A stretch of 64,000 bases of DNA, taken from positions 1,172,253 to 1,236,252 of the forward strand of contig OZ219785.1 in the NCBI GenBank assembly GCA_964291285.2. Reading direction: 5' to 3'. The notes below the pieces were generated by a model. It made no database searches. It was not told the DNA's origin and worked only from the letters and a program-made list of their open reading frames with translations. Of this stretch, positions 63,759-64,000 are shown piece after piece. Origin of the DNA: Alphaproteobacteria bacterium. Lineage in GTDB: Bacteria; Pseudomonadota; Alphaproteobacteria; Bin95. The stretch's first letter is position 1. Every line of letters begins with the position of its first letter. Position numbers and translations under genes: made by a program.

Positions 63759-64000
63759 TCAGCGCGCGCGGCTGCGGGCGTATTCGGCCCATTCCGGCAG
63801 CCCGGCGCGGATATAGAGGCCGGCGGCGTCCCGGTAGAGCCGGCGCGCCCTTGCGGGATCGGTCGCAAGCCCCGCCCGCGCCAGCGCGACATTGGCGCGG
63901 CCGCGCACGGAGACCGCCTTGAGGTAGATCGCGTGGGCTTCGTCCAGCAGGCGCGCGGCCTCCCCGCGCGCGCCGCTCCCCGCCTTCACCGAGGCGAGGC
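63759..64000 (-). CDS. C-terminus of a TPR-like protein (partial)
   Basis: EAARLLDEAHAIY..GRANVALARA..ARRLYRDAAGLY helical repeats; begins outside window. Confidence 0.6.
   Translation of the reverse strand, partial: LASVKAGSGARGEAARLLDEAHAIYLKAVSVRGRANVALARAGLATDPARARRLYRDAAGLYIRAGLPEWAEYARSRAR

Overview
High-GC bacterial chromosome segment. Gene content and order (three-gene pntAA/pntAB/pntB, efp-suhB-MotA-like, dnaB-alr-mlaE-mlaF-radA-cvpA-purF) point to an alphaproteobacterium, probably Rhodospirillales-like (inference). About 45 housekeeping, transport and peptidase genes are interrupted by four accessory zones. (1) 11.6-12.9 kb: a ~198-bp tandem repeat with 10-bp-phased GTCATG motifs and an orphan ORF, between leuA (with a Leu-rich leader peptide) and mutS. 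(2) 31.1-37.0 kb: an integrase-less island bounded by a 325-bp diverged duplication of the 3' end of an M32 carboxypeptidase gene, carrying a stand-alone IS630 HTH gene, an AAA+/DUF4143 ATPase, a basic-microprotein/GIY-YIG pair, a TerB-BRCT protein and an IS5. (3) 45.2-50.7 kb: a short beta-CASP nuclease, a membrane coiled-coil protein, a CxxC microprotein and an AT-rich PD-(D/E)XK-like gene, split by an IS701 (with passenger gene) and an IS5; this is the best candidate for an undescribed defence-type system. (4) 60.0-63.4 kb: IS256 nested in IS1634, which is inserted in the last codons of an orphan antitoxin-like gene. No rRNA, tRNA or CRISPR array was seen. All family calls are by motif recognition, not database search.
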